Positions 31,405 through 41,850 of a stretch of 64,000 nt of DNA are shown here, piece after piece (position 1 is the first letter of the stretch; each line of letters starts with the position of its first letter). The stretch lies in NCBI GenBank assembly GCA_963728915.1, contig CAVSLV010000003.1, positions 64,001 through 128,000 on the forward strand, read 5' to 3'. The stretch comes from an uncultured Gemmatimonadales bacterium (GTDB lineage Bacteria; Gemmatimonadota; Gemmatimonadetes; Gemmatimonadales; GWC2-71-9). The notes below the pieces were generated by a model. That model ran no database searches. It saw only the letters and a list, made by a program, of their open reading frames with translations, and was not told where the DNA came from. Position numbers and translations under genes: made by a program.

Positions 31405-32628
31405 CTAGGTCAGGAGGGATTCCAGCTCGGGAGCCAACCCGAGCGCGGTACAGACCCTGGCGATCGTCTCGCCGATCTTGTTGTTCGGGGTCGAAGCGCC
31501 CGCGGTGATCCCGATGGTCCGCACCCCCTCGAGCCAGTCCGGCTCGGTCACTTCCTGCCGCTCCCCGATCGGCCGATGGCGCAGCGCTCCGCCGGGGAGC
31601 TCGACGCAGCTCGCGTCCTCGAGATGCCGGGTGCGCACCCCGCGGCTGGCGCAGAGCTTGGCGAGGTGGGTGGTGTTGCTCGAGTTGTATCCGCCGATCA
31701 CCATCATGAGATCGGGAGGCTCGGCCAGCAGCTGGAGCACCGCATCCTGCCGCTCCTGGGTCGCCGAGCAGATGGTATCGAAGCTGCGCACATGCTCGGC
31801 GGCGGCGGCTTCGCCGTAGCGGCGGATCATGCAGCGACGCACTTCCTCGGCGATGGCGAGCGACTCGCTGGAGAGCATGGTGGTCTGGTTGGCGAGGCCG
31901 ACCCGCATCAGGTCACGCCGGAAATCGAAGCCGGGAGACATCGCATCGGGAAACCGGGCCTCGAGCGGTCCGGGATCCGCCGATCCATCTTCCCGCTCGA
32001 TCCAGTCGCACACCAGGCGGGCCTCGGCCATGTCGAGCACCACCAGGTAGCGTCCCCCGGGGTACTTGAGCACCTGGCTCGCGGTGGCCCGGGTCTCCTC
32101 GTGCCAGTGCTTGCCGTGGATGATCGCGGTGAAGCCGTCCCGGGCGTAGCTCTCGACCCGCTTCCAGACGTTGAGCACCGAGCCGCAGGTGGTGTCCACC
32201 ATCACGCAGCCGATCCGCCGGAGCGCCTCGAAGTCGTGGATGGTGACCCCGAACGCCGGCAGGATCACCACGTCGGCGGGGGTCACCGCTCCGAAGTCGA
32301 ACCCTCCGGCGTCCCCCCGGCGGAGGAACCCGATGCCCATGGCTTCCAGCTTGGCGTTGACGTGCGGGTTATGGATGATTTCCCCCACCAGAAACAGCCG
32401 GCGGTCGGGGAACTTGGTGCGGGTCTCATAGGCGTACTCGACCGCCCGGTCCACCCCGTAGCAGAACCCGAATTCGCGCGCCAGCCGGAAGGTGAGCGGG
32501 CCCACCGCAAGCTGGTAGTCCCGCTCCCGCAGGATCTCGATCAGCCGGCTGTGGTAATCCGCCGCCAGCAGCCCTTCGATCGCGCTCTTGAGGCCGAAGC
32601 CCTTCCGGAAGTAGGTCGCGTCCGCCAT
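31405..32628 (-). CDS. ispH: 4-hydroxy-3-methylbut-2-enyl diphosphate reductase
   Basis: FGFCYGVDRA, EIIHNPHVN, DTTCGSV, HEET, NQTT, DTICSATQERQ, SSNT, GITAGASTP. Confidence 0.96.
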   Translation of the reverse strand: MADATYFRKGFGLKSAIEGLLAADYHSRLIEILRERDYQLAVGPLTFRLAREFGFCYGVDRAVEYAYETRTKFPDRRLFLVGEIIHNPHVNAKLEAMGIGFLRRGDAGGFDFGAVTPADVVILPAFGVTIHDFEALRRIGCVMVDTTCGSVLNVWKRVESYARDGFTAIIHGKHWHEETRATASQVLKYPGGRYLVVLDMAEARLVCDWIEREDGSADPGPLEARFPDAMSPGFDFRRDLMRVGLANQTTMLSSESLAIAEEVRRCMIRRYGEAAAAEHVRSFDTICSATQERQDAVLQLLAEPPDLMMVIGGYNSSNTTHLAKLCASRGVRTRHLEDASCVELPGGALRHRPIGERQEVTEPDWLEGVRTIGITAGASTPNNKIGETIARVCTALGLAPELESLLT

Positions 32629-32637
32629 GGGTGAAAT

Positions 32638-33186
32638 CTATCCGCCGCGGGGCCGGTCGATCCGCCCGCAGGGCGGGGGCGCGACCACGCTCCGCACCTT
32701 GCGGAAGCTCCCGGTGACCCGGAGCGAGTCGATGCCCTCGCTCGCGGTGAGCCGGAGATCCACCTGTCCCGAGACCCCGTCCCGGTCGGACCCGGTGACC
32801 GCGACCTGCCCGTTCACCGATTCGAACTGGTAGATCGCCTTGCTCCCCGCCACCCGCAGGGCGGCGATGGCGCGGGGCCGCCAGGGAATGAAGACCCGGG
32901 CCGGCATGACGGCGTAGGGGCCGGTGCCTAACCCGGCAGCCGAGGAGTCCCCGGTGAGCAGCACGATCCCGATCGCGGTATCTCCGCGCGCGCCCATGAT
33001 CTCGAGCAGGGAGTCCGAGCCGCACCAGCGCGCCGTGGCGGGGGCCAGGAACCGGACCGGCTTCCCCGCCGTGTCGGACCAGGTCAGGTCGAGCTGCCCG
33101 GTCTCCGGGCCGGGCCCGGCCGAACGGCTGGGGCCGGCCCGGCAGGCCAGCAGGGCCGCCACTCCGGCCACCAGGGGACGTCGCAT
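32638..33186 (-). CDS. Hypothetical lipoprotein
   Basis: MRRPLVAGVAALLA-C lipobox; fills the gap in a co-oriented operon. Confidence 0.7.
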   Translation of the reverse strand: MRRPLVAGVAALLACRAGPSRSAGPGPETGQLDLTWSDTAGKPVRFLAPATARWCGSDSLLEIMGARGDTAIGIVLLTGDSSAAGLGTGPYAVMPARVFIPWRPRAIAALRVAGSKAIYQFESVNGQVAVTGSDRDGVSGQVDLRLTASEGIDSLRVTGSFRKVRSVVAPPPCGRIDRPRGG

Positions 33187-33218
33187 CCCTGCAAGGTAGG
33201 AGGACGGGAAGCGGGGAG

Positions 33219-35405
33219 CTACCGCCGCCCGCCGAACACGATGTCGAAGCGCAGCCCCGATCCTTCCGGCCGGGGCGAGAGCGGATGGCTGAGATCGAAC
33301 CGGAGCAGCCCGTTGAAGAAGGAGACTCCCGCCCCGCCGCCGAGGAGCACCCGGTTCCGGGTTAGGGAATCCAGCGCCCCCGCCTGTCCCCCGTCGAGAA
33401 AGAAGACCGGGCGGACCGCGCCCCGGAACGGGCTCAGGTCGAGCTGGACCGACCAGAAGGCGTCGCCCCGCTCGGCGCCGTAGTCGAACCCCCGAACGCT
33501 TCCCTGCCCGCCGATCCGGTAGACCAGCTGCGGCAGCGCGGCGCGGGTCGCGACCCCGCCGCGCGCCCGGACCGTCGCCCCGGCCGAACCTCCGAACGGC
33601 TGGCGCCACTCCCCGAAGAGCCGGGCGGTATGGTGATCGAACCCGGCGTCGCTGGTGCCGTCGCCCCCCAGCTCCCAGCGGGCCCGGCCGATCCGTCCCT
33701 GGAGCCGCGCGCCCACCGTGGCAAAGTCTCCCTCGGTGATCGGGGGATTGTCGGGAAGCAGCCCGTCCCCCCCGAACAGGTCGTTGAGCCACGCTTTCGC
33801 GCCACCCTTCGCATTCCGCTGGCGCTCGAGCCGGGTCGACAGGGTCAGCTCGACGCCGCGGGTCATGCTGGTTTCCAGCGAAAGGTCGAGGCCGGTGGTT
33901 CGGAAATATTCCCCGTCGTCGTGAGCCGACATCAGGGCGCGAATCGAGTTGGCCGCCGAGAGGCCCTGGCTCCAGGGATCGCCTTCCCGGAGATCATGGT
34001 AGACCGCCGCGGTGAAGCGCCCCGCCGGCGCGTCCCGAATCAGGGCGATCCGCGCGGTGGGGTGCTTGTCCGCGAAGCCGAACCGCACGGTCCCGAACAA
34101 CGAGGCGTAGCGGATCGCCCGGAGGTCGACCTGGTAGGCCAGGCCGATCGAAGTTCCCTGGACCCGGTTGAACCGGAAGGCGTCGGCGAGCCGCTCGTAG
34201 GCGAAGCCGGTGCGATCGATCCCGGTGATGCTCCGGGGCAGCCGCTCGGCGAGATCGGCGATCTCCCGCCGGGTTTCTTCGAGACGACGGTCGTCTTCCT
34301 CGGTGCGGCGGAGCTGGAGCGTCTCCTCCCAATCGGTGTAGCGATGGAGCGAATCCCGGGAGGCCCGCCAGATCTCGTAGCGCCCGCCCCCGGCCAGCAC
34401 GCCGGCCCGCTCCCTGACCCGCATGGAATCGGGCTGGCCCCGGCGCTCGGCGCGGAGCGAATCCCGCCGGGCCTCCCGCTGCTCCGGAGTGGGCCGGTGC
34501 AGGGTATCGGGCGGCGGCAGGTGAAACGCGATCCGGTGGCCGGCATTGATCTCGTAGTCCGAGAAGGTGGTGACGGCCTCGAAGGGCACGTACATGTCGC
34601 CCACCAGGGGAATCTGCACCTGGCCGGAGAGGACCTGGCGATAGGGCATCCAGTAGGTCCCGTCCTGCAGCGCATACTCGAGGTCGCCCTGGAGCGCCAG
34701 ATACCGGTTGATCAGCCGGTTGGCCCGGCGGGCGTCCGCACTATCCTCCCGGGTCGGACTGTCCGGCATGTCCCACATGTCGGTCCCCACGTACCGGAAG
34801 GCAAGCCGCACCACCTCGGCGTTGTCGAGGTCGAGCCAGAGCTTTCCGATGATGAGCGCCGGACCGGGACGCTTGGGGGTGACCTGCACTTCGGTGAGCC
34901 GGATCCGCTTGCCGTCGCCGGTCGTCAGGGTGATGGTGTCCCCCGCGGCATAGCGATACCAGGCGGGTCCGTCGCCAGCGAGGGGATGCAGAGCGGCCCG
35001 CTCGGGAAAGTCGTTTCCGAAGATCCGGACCGAATCCCCCAGGCCCCGGGGGACGAACCAGGGCGAATCGAAATTGGAAAAGAGCTCCCCGCGGGATTCC
35101 CGGGTTCGGGAACGCTGCCCCACGATCTCCACCCGCAGGTCGTTGGGTCGCTGCCACTCGAGATGGGCTTCCTGCTCCTCGACCGCGACCGGGGGAGCGT
35201 TCCCCCAGCGGCGCCGCCCGAAGCTCACGCTCACCCGGTAGCGGAGCCGGGCCTGATAGTCGCTGACCGTGGAATCCTGGGCCTGATGGTGCGCCATGGC
35301 GCGAGCAACCAGGGCCGCAGTTTCCGGGTTGGAGTAGGTGCCGGTGTCGGGAGCCTGGAGCGCGAGCGAGGAAAGGAGTGCTGCGGCTAGGACGCCTGGG
35401 CCCAT
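33219..35405 (-). CDS. Putative outer-membrane beta-barrel protein (BamA/ShlB-like C-terminus)
   Basis: Signal peptide; RFNRVQG; YRIGGQGSVRGFDYG; alternating beta strands ending LRFDIVF. Confidence 0.7.
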   Translation of the reverse strand: MGPGVLAAALLSSLALQAPDTGTYSNPETAALVARAMAHHQAQDSTVSDYQARLRYRVSVSFGRRRWGNAPPVAVEEQEAHLEWQRPNDLRVEIVGQRSRTRESRGELFSNFDSPWFVPRGLGDSVRIFGNDFPERAALHPLAGDGPAWYRYAAGDTITLTTGDGKRIRLTEVQVTPKRPGPALIIGKLWLDLDNAEVVRLAFRYVGTDMWDMPDSPTREDSADARRANRLINRYLALQGDLEYALQDGTYWMPYRQVLSGQVQIPLVGDMYVPFEAVTTFSDYEINAGHRIAFHLPPPDTLHRPTPEQREARRDSLRAERRGQPDSMRVRERAGVLAGGGRYEIWRASRDSLHRYTDWEETLQLRRTEEDDRRLEETRREIADLAERLPRSITGIDRTGFAYERLADAFRFNRVQGTSIGLAYQVDLRAIRYASLFGTVRFGFADKHPTARIALIRDAPAGRFTAAVYHDLREGDPWSQGLSAANSIRALMSAHDDGEYFRTTGLDLSLETSMTRGVELTLSTRLERQRNAKGGAKAWLNDLFGGDGLLPDNPPITEGDFATVGARLQGRIGRARWELGGDGTSDAGFDHHTARLFGEWRQPFGGSAGATVRARGGVATRAALPQLVYRIGGQGSVRGFDYGAERGDAFWSVQLDLSPFRGAVRPVFFLDGGQAGALDSLTRNRVLLGGGAGVSFFNGLLRFDLSHPLSPRPEGSGLRFDIVFGGRR

Positions 35406-35836
35406 TTGCTCCGGCCATCCCGATGGAGCCCGTAGGCCCGGAGCCGACGCCACAAGGTGGTGCGACTGATGCCCAGACTCTTCGCCGTTTCGGCGAGTCG
35501 CCAGCCGTGATCGTCGAGCGATCGCACGATCGCGTCCCGCTCCCGATCCGCCAGGGTGCTCGGGCCGACCGAGCCTTGCAGATACATCGCCTCACCGAGA
35601 TCCAGGTTACCGATCCGGATGGTCTTGAGCCGCCCGCCCCGGTCGGCCAGCTCAGGGAGCAATTCGGAGACGGGTTGGGTCAGGTCGAGACCGAGGTCAC
35701 GCGCTGGTTGATTGGCGTAGAGGAGTTTGCCGTTGGGATCGAACACCACGACCGCTTCGCTGAAGGCGTCCAGGAGCGCCTTGGCGAGCGGGGAAAAAAC
35801 CGACGGCAATGATGTGCTATTGGGGTCCGGCGACAT
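35387..35836 (-). CDS. PAS-like plus Fis-type HTH (HTH_8) protein
   Basis: LLDAFSEAVVVFDPNGKLLYANQPA; TLADRERDAI..L....W....TAKSLGISRTTLWRRL. Confidence 0.85.
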   Translation of the reverse strand: MSPDPNSTSLPSVFSPLAKALLDAFSEAVVVFDPNGKLLYANQPARDLGLDLTQPVSELLPELADRGGRLKTIRIGNLDLGEAMYLQGSVGPSTLADRERDAIVRSLDDHGWRLAETAKSLGISRTTLWRRLRAYGLHRDGRSKWAQAS

Positions 35837-35845
35837 AGCTCAAGG

Positions 35846-36754
35846 TTACGGGTTGCCGGTGAATTTAGTTTCAGACCGGAACAAAGGGGACTCTCCCGCG
35901 ATCACCAATCCAACCCCTGCAAAAATGGTCACTCCAGCGAGAGCAATCGACAGGGTCAACCGCTCGCCCTCCAGGACCAGAGGCGCAATCGCAATGGCGA
36001 CCAGCGGCTGGAGATAGATGAACGACGTGACGAGAATAGGGGACACCTGGCGAAGCGACCAGAGGTTCAGGAAGTAGGTCACCGTCGTCGGGAACACCAC
36101 CATGTAGATGAGCCACAGGAATAGCCCGGTGCTCAGGGAGGCGGCGTGCACCGATCCCGCCGCGCCGATTCCGAGCGGCAGCACTCCGACGAGCCCCGCA
36201 ATGGTGAGACAGAACGCCACCGTCACGGGAGGGTACCGGCGCAGGAGATCCTTCGAGAGAAGAAACGCGAGCGCATTGAATGCCATTCCGGTCAGCACGA
36301 GCAGGTTCCCGATGACCACGTCAGACCCGAGGGAAACCCGGCTCGGTCCGATCAGGTAGATCGTGCCGAGGGCCGCCACCGCGACGCCAATCCACTTGAG
36401 GGGGGAGGGCCGCTCGATCCGGAGCAGCCATCCGAAGGCGACCGTGAAGATCGGAATCATCGGGATCAGGATCGCGGTATCGATTGCGGTGGTACGGGTG
36501 AGTCCAAGCAGGATCAAGAGCTGATTCCCGGCGCCACCCAGAATCCCGAGCAACGCAAATCGAGCCCAATCGGCACCCAGTCTCGGCAGCTTCCCACGGT
36601 ACATCCGGTGGGCCACGAAGAAGGCGATGGACGCAACCACCATCCGGAGCGTGACGATCACCGGGGCGGGAACGATGGGAAGGAGGTACTTCCCAACGAT
36701 CACACCGCTGGCATAGATGATCTGAACGATCGTCAGGGCGATGATGACTGGCAT
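35846..36754 (-). CDS. DMT/EamA family transporter
   Basis: About 10 TM segments in two EamA halves; GLTRTTA, PIFT, YLQPLVA, LEGERLT. Confidence 0.9.
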   Translation of the reverse strand: MPVIIALTIVQIIYASGVIVGKYLLPIVPAPVIVTLRMVVASIAFFVAHRMYRGKLPRLGADWARFALLGILGGAGNQLLILLGLTRTTAIDTAILIPMIPIFTVAFGWLLRIERPSPLKWIGVAVAALGTIYLIGPSRVSLGSDVVIGNLLVLTGMAFNALAFLLSKDLLRRYPPVTVAFCLTIAGLVGVLPLGIGAAGSVHAASLSTGLFLWLIYMVVFPTTVTYFLNLWSLRQVSPILVTSFIYLQPLVAIAIAPLVLEGERLTLSIALAGVTIFAGVGLVIAGESPLFRSETKFTGNP

Positions 36755-36781
36755 TGACCTTGATACATAAAGACTTAGATT

Positions 36782-36799
36782 TGACCATCCATTCAGTCA
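36782..36799. promoter_or_regulatory. Candidate TetR operator between divergent genes
   Basis: TGAC-N10-GTCA in a 51-nt AT-rich intergenic gap. Confidence 0.35.
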
Positions 36800-36805
36800 G
36801 TCGCG

Positions 36806-37321
36806 ATGAAAAACCAGATTCTCGATGCCGCAACTGAGGTACTCGTCCAACGCGGACTGAACGCTTGGACAGTCGACGAGGTAGCCAGGAAAACCGGGTG
36901 CGCCAAAGGCCTGGTCAACTACCACCATCGTTCCAAACACGACTTGCTCATCCGGGTAGCCCACCAGCTCAGGGACGAGCGATGGGCCAAACGTGTCGAG
37001 GCGGCTCGGAGTAAGGAGCCCCTGGACCGGCTGTGGCAAACACTAATTGAGGAGGTCCGTTCCGGCCGGTTCGCTGCCTGGCTCGCCCTCCTGGCTTCCG
37101 AAGCTGTCCAGGGCAGGGTTCCCAGGAGCCCAGCCGACCAGCCACTCGAGCTGGCCAATGCGCTCGGCCGCTCCCTCGAACTCGGTCCGGGGCTTTCCGG
37201 CCGAGCTGGACTGATCGCCGCCCTTCTCGACGGAATCGAAATCTCCTTTCTTCAGGGTGACTCTCCCGACCAGCTCGAGGAAGCCTATCATCGCTTCTGG
37301 TTGACCCTGCTCGAGATGTAG
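36806..37321 (+). CDS. TetR/AcrR family transcriptional regulator
   Basis: ILDAATEVLVQRGLNAWTVDEVARKTGCAKGLVNYHHRSKHDLL HTH. Confidence 0.9.
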   Translation: MKNQILDAATEVLVQRGLNAWTVDEVARKTGCAKGLVNYHHRSKHDLLIRVAHQLRDERWAKRVEAARSKEPLDRLWQTLIEEVRSGRFAAWLALLASEAVQGRVPRSPADQPLELANALGRSLELGPGLSGRAGLIAALLDGIEISFLQGDSPDQLEEAYHRFWLTLLEM

Positions 37322-37340
37322 CCCGCGATAGATTGGGGAC

Positions 37341-38189
37341 ATGCGGGCCGCTGCCTTGCTCCTCCTCATTGTTCCCGTGGTTCTTCGGGCCCAGGATCCG
37401 GAGCCCACTCTGCCGCTGGAAGTGCGTCAGGCCTACCAGGCCCGGCTGATGGAGCCGCGCCGAGCCTATGACACGACTCCGCCCCGGCTTCCTCCTGTCC
37501 GGGTCTCCGGAAAGGCCGCCTGTCAGATCCACCCCGAGCTTGGCGTCGAGACCGCGGATCTCTGGGAGGCCGCCCGGCAGACCCTCGAGTCGACCCTTCG
37601 ACCCGACTCGGTGACCCCGAGGCTGCTGGTGCGCGAATGGCGACGCACGCTCGATTACCGCTTCGGGCTCCGTTCCGAACAGAGCGACACCAGCGAAGTG
37701 CGTACCCGGCATCCTTTCGAGAAGCCCATGCCCGCGAATCTCGAGCGGGTCGGGTACATCCAGCGCCAGGGATGGTCGATCGTCTACTACGGCCCCGATG
37801 CCGGCATGCTGCTGTCGGAGCGATTCGTCCGGCATCACTGCTTCCGGAGAGTGGAAGGGTCGGGGGCCTTTGCGGGGCTCGCGGGGCTGGCCTTCGCGCC
37901 GCTGCCCCGCACCACGATTCCCGACGTCACCGGCGTGTTATGGGTGGATCCCGCGGGCCGGGAGCTTCGCTCGGTGCAATACACCTGGATCAACGCCCCT
38001 CCCGAGGCGAGGGCGCCCGGCATCGGAGGCCGCGCCGATTTCGCCCGGATCGGCGCCGTCGGGTGGATCGTGCAGCGGTGGAACATCCGGATGGCCCGGC
38101 AGGAGAGCGGCTACGCGCGGGGGTTCGAGGGTTACACCGATCAGGGGGGTGAAGTGCTCGCGATCCTCGGCCGGGCAGAGTCTCCGTGA
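37341..38189 (+). CDS. Secreted hypothetical protein
   Basis: Signal peptide; YYGPDA..LLS..F...HCF and DV.GVLWVD motifs. Confidence 0.75.
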   Translation: MRAAALLLLIVPVVLRAQDPEPTLPLEVRQAYQARLMEPRRAYDTTPPRLPPVRVSGKAACQIHPELGVETADLWEAARQTLESTLRPDSVTPRLLVREWRRTLDYRFGLRSEQSDTSEVRTRHPFEKPMPANLERVGYIQRQGWSIVYYGPDAGMLLSERFVRHHCFRRVEGSGAFAGLAGLAFAPLPRTTIPDVTGVLWVDPAGRELRSVQYTWINAPPEARAPGIGGRADFARIGAVGWIVQRWNIRMARQESGYARGFEGYTDQGGEVLAILGRAESP

Positions 38190-38978
38190 CCACCGGCCGG
38201 GATGATTGCTATGCCGCGATCGCCGAGTTCTACGACCATGTTACGCTCTATCGGGAACGCCCGGACGTCTCGTTCTTCGTCGAGGCCGCCAGGGCAAGCC
38301 GGAGGGCCGGTGCTCGAGCTGGGCGCCGGTACCGGGCGGGTCCTGATCCCCACTGCCCGGGCGGGCATATCGATCACCGGCCTCGACTCCTCGCCGAGCA
38401 TGCTTGCCATCTGCCGGGACCGGCTCGCCCGGGAACCCGCCGAGGAAGCGTCCCGCGCGACCCTCGTCGAGGGGGATATGCGCGCGTTCGATCTGGGTCG
38501 AACCTTCGCGCTGGTCACGATTCCCTTCCGTCCGTTTCAGCATCTGGTCACGGTCGAAGAGCAGCTCGCCTGCCTTGGCTGCATCCGGCGTCACCTGGCG
38601 CCGGGTGGCCGGCTCATCCTCGATCTGTTCAATCCGTCACTGGAGGCACTGACCGCCCCGATCGGCATCGAATCCCTCGAGGCGGAATTCACGATGCTCG
38701 ACGGGCGCCGGGTGCAGCGAGGATTCCGGATCGTCTCCCGGGACCGAAGCAATCAGGTCAACCAGGTCGAGCTCTATTACGACGTCACCGGACCCGCCGG
38801 GTCGACCGAGCGGCTGGTCCAGGCCTTCCCCATGAGATACCTCTTCCGGTATGAGGCGGAGCACCTGCTGGTGCGAGCCGGGTTCGAGGTTCTGCAGGTG
38901 TTCGGCGGTTACGATCGACAGCCGTTCGGAACAACCTATCCGGGCGAGCTGATCCTGGAGGCGCGGAGGAATTCATGA
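38186..38978 (+). CDS. Class I SAM-dependent methyltransferase (frameshift near 38290-38300)
   Basis: AEFYD...DVSFF in the first frame; GPVLELGAGTGR, GLDSSPSML, GDMRAF, HLAPGGRL in the second. Confidence 0.88.
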
Positions 38979-40183
38979 TGAGGTCCCGGCGCACGGCACT
39001 TCTCTTTCTGGTCGCTGCCTCCGGTTGCAGCGGAGCCGGGGCCAATTCCCTGGCGCGGGCGGTGATTGATACCCTGCCGGGCGGCATCGTTCGAGTCACC
39101 AGCGGAGGGCCGACCGCCTGGCCTGCGACGAAGCCGGCCGTCCTGGTCGAGGAGATCCGGTTCCAGGGGGCGGATGGCACGCCATCCGAGCTCGGCGAAC
39201 CCCGCTCCCTCGCGGTGGACGATCAGGGGCGGGTGTACGTCGTGGATACCAAGCCGGCCGTCATCAAGGTCTTCTCTCCCGATGGCAAGTTCATTCGCAG
39301 CATCGGTGGCGAAGGCGAGGGTCCGGGAGAGTTCCGGGTCGGCTTCATCTCGATCCAGGGTGAGCACCTGGTCCTTCAGGATCCCCAGGTCGCGAGGCTC
39401 TCGGTGTTCGACACCGCCGGCACGTTTCTTCGGAGCTGGAATTCGAGCTGTTGCTACTGGTCGGACATTCAGGTCGACCTGGCCGGCCGGGTCTACATCC
39501 CCAGCATGTCCAGCGGGAAACCGGGCGATCCGCCCCGGGGGACTCCTTATGTGCGCTGGTCGCTCGACGGAGTCGCACAGGACACGGTCTGGGTCCCCTA
39601 TCAGAAAAGCGAAAAGCTCTGGACCCTGTCGGTAAGCAAGGGCAGCAACAAGATGTCGATGTCGATGCCGGTCCCTTTTCTGCCCGCCATCGTCAGCACC
39701 CTGGACCCCAGGGGCGGGATTCTGTACGGCTGGAACGGTCGCTTCGAGATCGTGCGGAGCACTACCGGCGCGGACTCACTCCTGGTCTTCGGGAGGGATT
39801 GGACGCCCGATCCGGTCAGCGACGATCGGCGCTCCGCCGAGCTCGAGTCGATGGTCAAGGGAGCCACCCGTTCGATCGACGAGACCACGGTCCGAAATGC
39901 GTTCAACCTGAATGACATTCCCCGCACCTTGCCGGCGTTCGAGAGTCTGCGGGTGGATCCGAGGGGACGGGTCTGGGCCCGACGCTACCCGGTGGCCGAT
40001 ACCACGCACACCACGTTCGACCTGTTCGATTCCACTGGGGCGTACCTCGGGCCGGTGACCGCTCCGATCCGGATCGGGCCTTACACCCCGCAAGCCTGGA
40101 CCCGGAACGGAGTGGTCGCGGTCATCGAGGATGCGGACGGGCGCCCCACCATCGTGCGACTTCGTTTCGAGCCGGGGCATTGA
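38975..40183 (+). CDS. 6-bladed beta-propeller lipoprotein
   Basis: Lipobox ASG-C; IGGEGEGPGEFR; VDPRGRVW; FDLFDSTGAYLG. Confidence 0.85.
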   Translation: MMRSRRTALLFLVAASGCSGAGANSLARAVIDTLPGGIVRVTSGGPTAWPATKPAVLVEEIRFQGADGTPSELGEPRSLAVDDQGRVYVVDTKPAVIKVFSPDGKFIRSIGGEGEGPGEFRVGFISIQGEHLVLQDPQVARLSVFDTAGTFLRSWNSSCCYWSDIQVDLAGRVYIPSMSSGKPGDPPRGTPYVRWSLDGVAQDTVWVPYQKSEKLWTLSVSKGSNKMSMSMPVPFLPAIVSTLDPRGGILYGWNGRFEIVRSTTGADSLLVFGRDWTPDPVSDDRRSAELESMVKGATRSIDETTVRNAFNLNDIPRTLPAFESLRVDPRGRVWARRYPVADTTHTTFDLFDSTGAYLGPVTAPIRIGPYTPQAWTRNGVVAVIEDADGRPTIVRLRFEPGH

Positions 40184-40439
40184 CAGGGAGCGAAGCGATT
40201 CTCAATTTGGTGGCCCGCTTCGGCGGACCAGTGCGAAACAAACTGGTGTTCGTCGTCTAGGAGGGGAAGCCGGGACGGGAATCGCGGGAAAATACCAGGG
40301 TGTGCGCGAGGCATGCCCGCCTTTTCGCCGGGAGCAGCGGCTTCCGAGAGAAGAAGGCGCGACAGGACGAACCGTCCAGTCGCGCCTTCTGCGTTTTCAG
40401 GGATGGATGAAATTCGGACTTCAGAACGGGAGAGTCGAC

Positions 40440-40955
40440 ATGTCGTTGGAATCCATGCAGGACCTGATGATCGAAGAGCTCCGTGATCTCTACAACGCGG
40501 AGCAGCAGCTCACCAAGGCGTTGCCCAAGATGGCCGAAAAGGCGACGACGCCCTCGCTGCAACAGGCCTTCCACTCGCACCTCCGGGAAACCGAAGGTCA
40601 CGTGGCCAGGCTCGAGCAGATCTTCCGGCAGCTCGATGAGAAGCCAACCGGCAAGAAGTGCAAGGGGATGGAGGGGCTGATCGACGAGGGCGACGACATG
40701 CTCTCGGAGAAAGGCGTCGAAGCGGTGCGCGATGCCGGTATCATCGCCGCGGCTCAGCGGGTCGAGCATTACGAGATCGCGGCCTACGGGTGCGCCGTGA
40801 ACTTCGCCCAGCTCCTGGGCCACAACGACATCGTGACCCTGCTGGAGCAGACCCTCTCCGAGGAGAAGGCCGCCGACGAGAAACTCACCCAGATCGCCGA
40901 GCAGGAGGTGAACAGCCAGGCGATGGCCGGCGCATCGATGTCGGGCAGGCACTAG
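40440..40955 (+). CDS. Ferritin-like YciE/YciF (DUF892) stress protein
   Basis: ELRDLYNAEQQLTKALPKM, HLRETEGHVARLE, KCKGMEGLI, AAQRVEHYEIAAYG, EEKAADEKL. Confidence 0.93.
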   Translation: MSLESMQDLMIEELRDLYNAEQQLTKALPKMAEKATTPSLQQAFHSHLRETEGHVARLEQIFRQLDEKPTGKKCKGMEGLIDEGDDMLSEKGVEAVRDAGIIAAAQRVEHYEIAAYGCAVNFAQLLGHNDIVTLLEQTLSEEKAADEKLTQIAEQEVNSQAMAGASMSGRH

Positions 40956-41004
40956 CCCGCACCGCAGTCGACGAAAACAGCTCACGAATGAGCGGAGAAC
41001 CCGA

Positions 41005-41475
41005 ATGGCCTACGAGCGAGGCTGGAACCCGTCGGAACGATCGAATCGGGAATGGGAGCGGAGCCGCCATGAGGTCGCCCGAGGTCAATCATTCCGCTAC
41101 CCGGATCAGGGTCGCGCGATGCCGTCCGGAGGAATGGAATTCGGCGCGCCGGAATGGCGCGGCGCCGGATATGGCAGCTACGGAGCCGGCACCGCCACGG
41201 AGCGAGCCGGCCGATACCGCCCTGAGACTCGTTACGGTCGGAGCGTTCAAGGTCGTTACCCCGGCCGGGGGCCGAAGGGCTATTCCAGGTCGGACGACCG
41301 GATCGAGGAAGAGATCCTGATATCGGCGCGACGAAATCGAAGTGAGGGTCCAGCATGGAGTCGTCACCCTGAGCTCGTCGAAAACGTTTAATTCACCGTC
41401 GGAGCGCTCGGAGACGAGCGCCGGGAGGCAGGAAAGTCACCGCGAGTCCAGCCGCACCGTGAAAGTGAGACGCGG
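41005..41475 (+). pseudogene. Decayed BON-domain protein
   Basis: GRGPKGYSRSDDRIEEEI in one frame, EIEVRVQHGVVTL in another; intervening helix missing. Confidence 0.6.
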
Positions 41476-41498
41476 TCCAACCCCGGAAAGGCATCACC

Positions 41499-41816
41499 AT
41501 GCGGCAAGAAGACGACAGCAGGGAGATGGACGATGAGAGCGAGGAGCCCTCGGATCGCGATCTCGATCTCGAAGAGGGTGAGGAGGCGGGCTCGGAGGGT
41601 ACCCGGCAGCGCCGGGAGACCGGTCGCCGAACCGGAACCGCGGGCCGGACGGCCGGGGCAGAAAAATCCGGCCATCGGACGTCAGGTCGGCACAGCAGCC
41701 GCGGCTCCCCCGGAACCGGCAGTCGCGCTCCATCGAGCGATCGCTCCCGCCAGTCCCGATCGTCGGGACGAAGTGGCCGTGGCTCAGGGCAGAGCGGCGG
41801 CAGGCGGGCCCGGTGA
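41499..41816 (+). CDS. Hydrophilic low-complexity protein (acidic N-half, G/R/S-rich C-half)
   Basis: ATG with AAGG upstream; composition; next to stress genes. Confidence 0.5.
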   Translation: MRQEDDSREMDDESEEPSDRDLDLEEGEEAGSEGTRQRRETGRRTGTAGRTAGAEKSGHRTSGRHSSRGSPGTGSRAPSSDRSRQSRSSGRSGRGSGQSGGRRAR

Positions 41817-41850
41817 CTCGCGGGGCAGACGCCGGGTTTTCACGCCGCGC

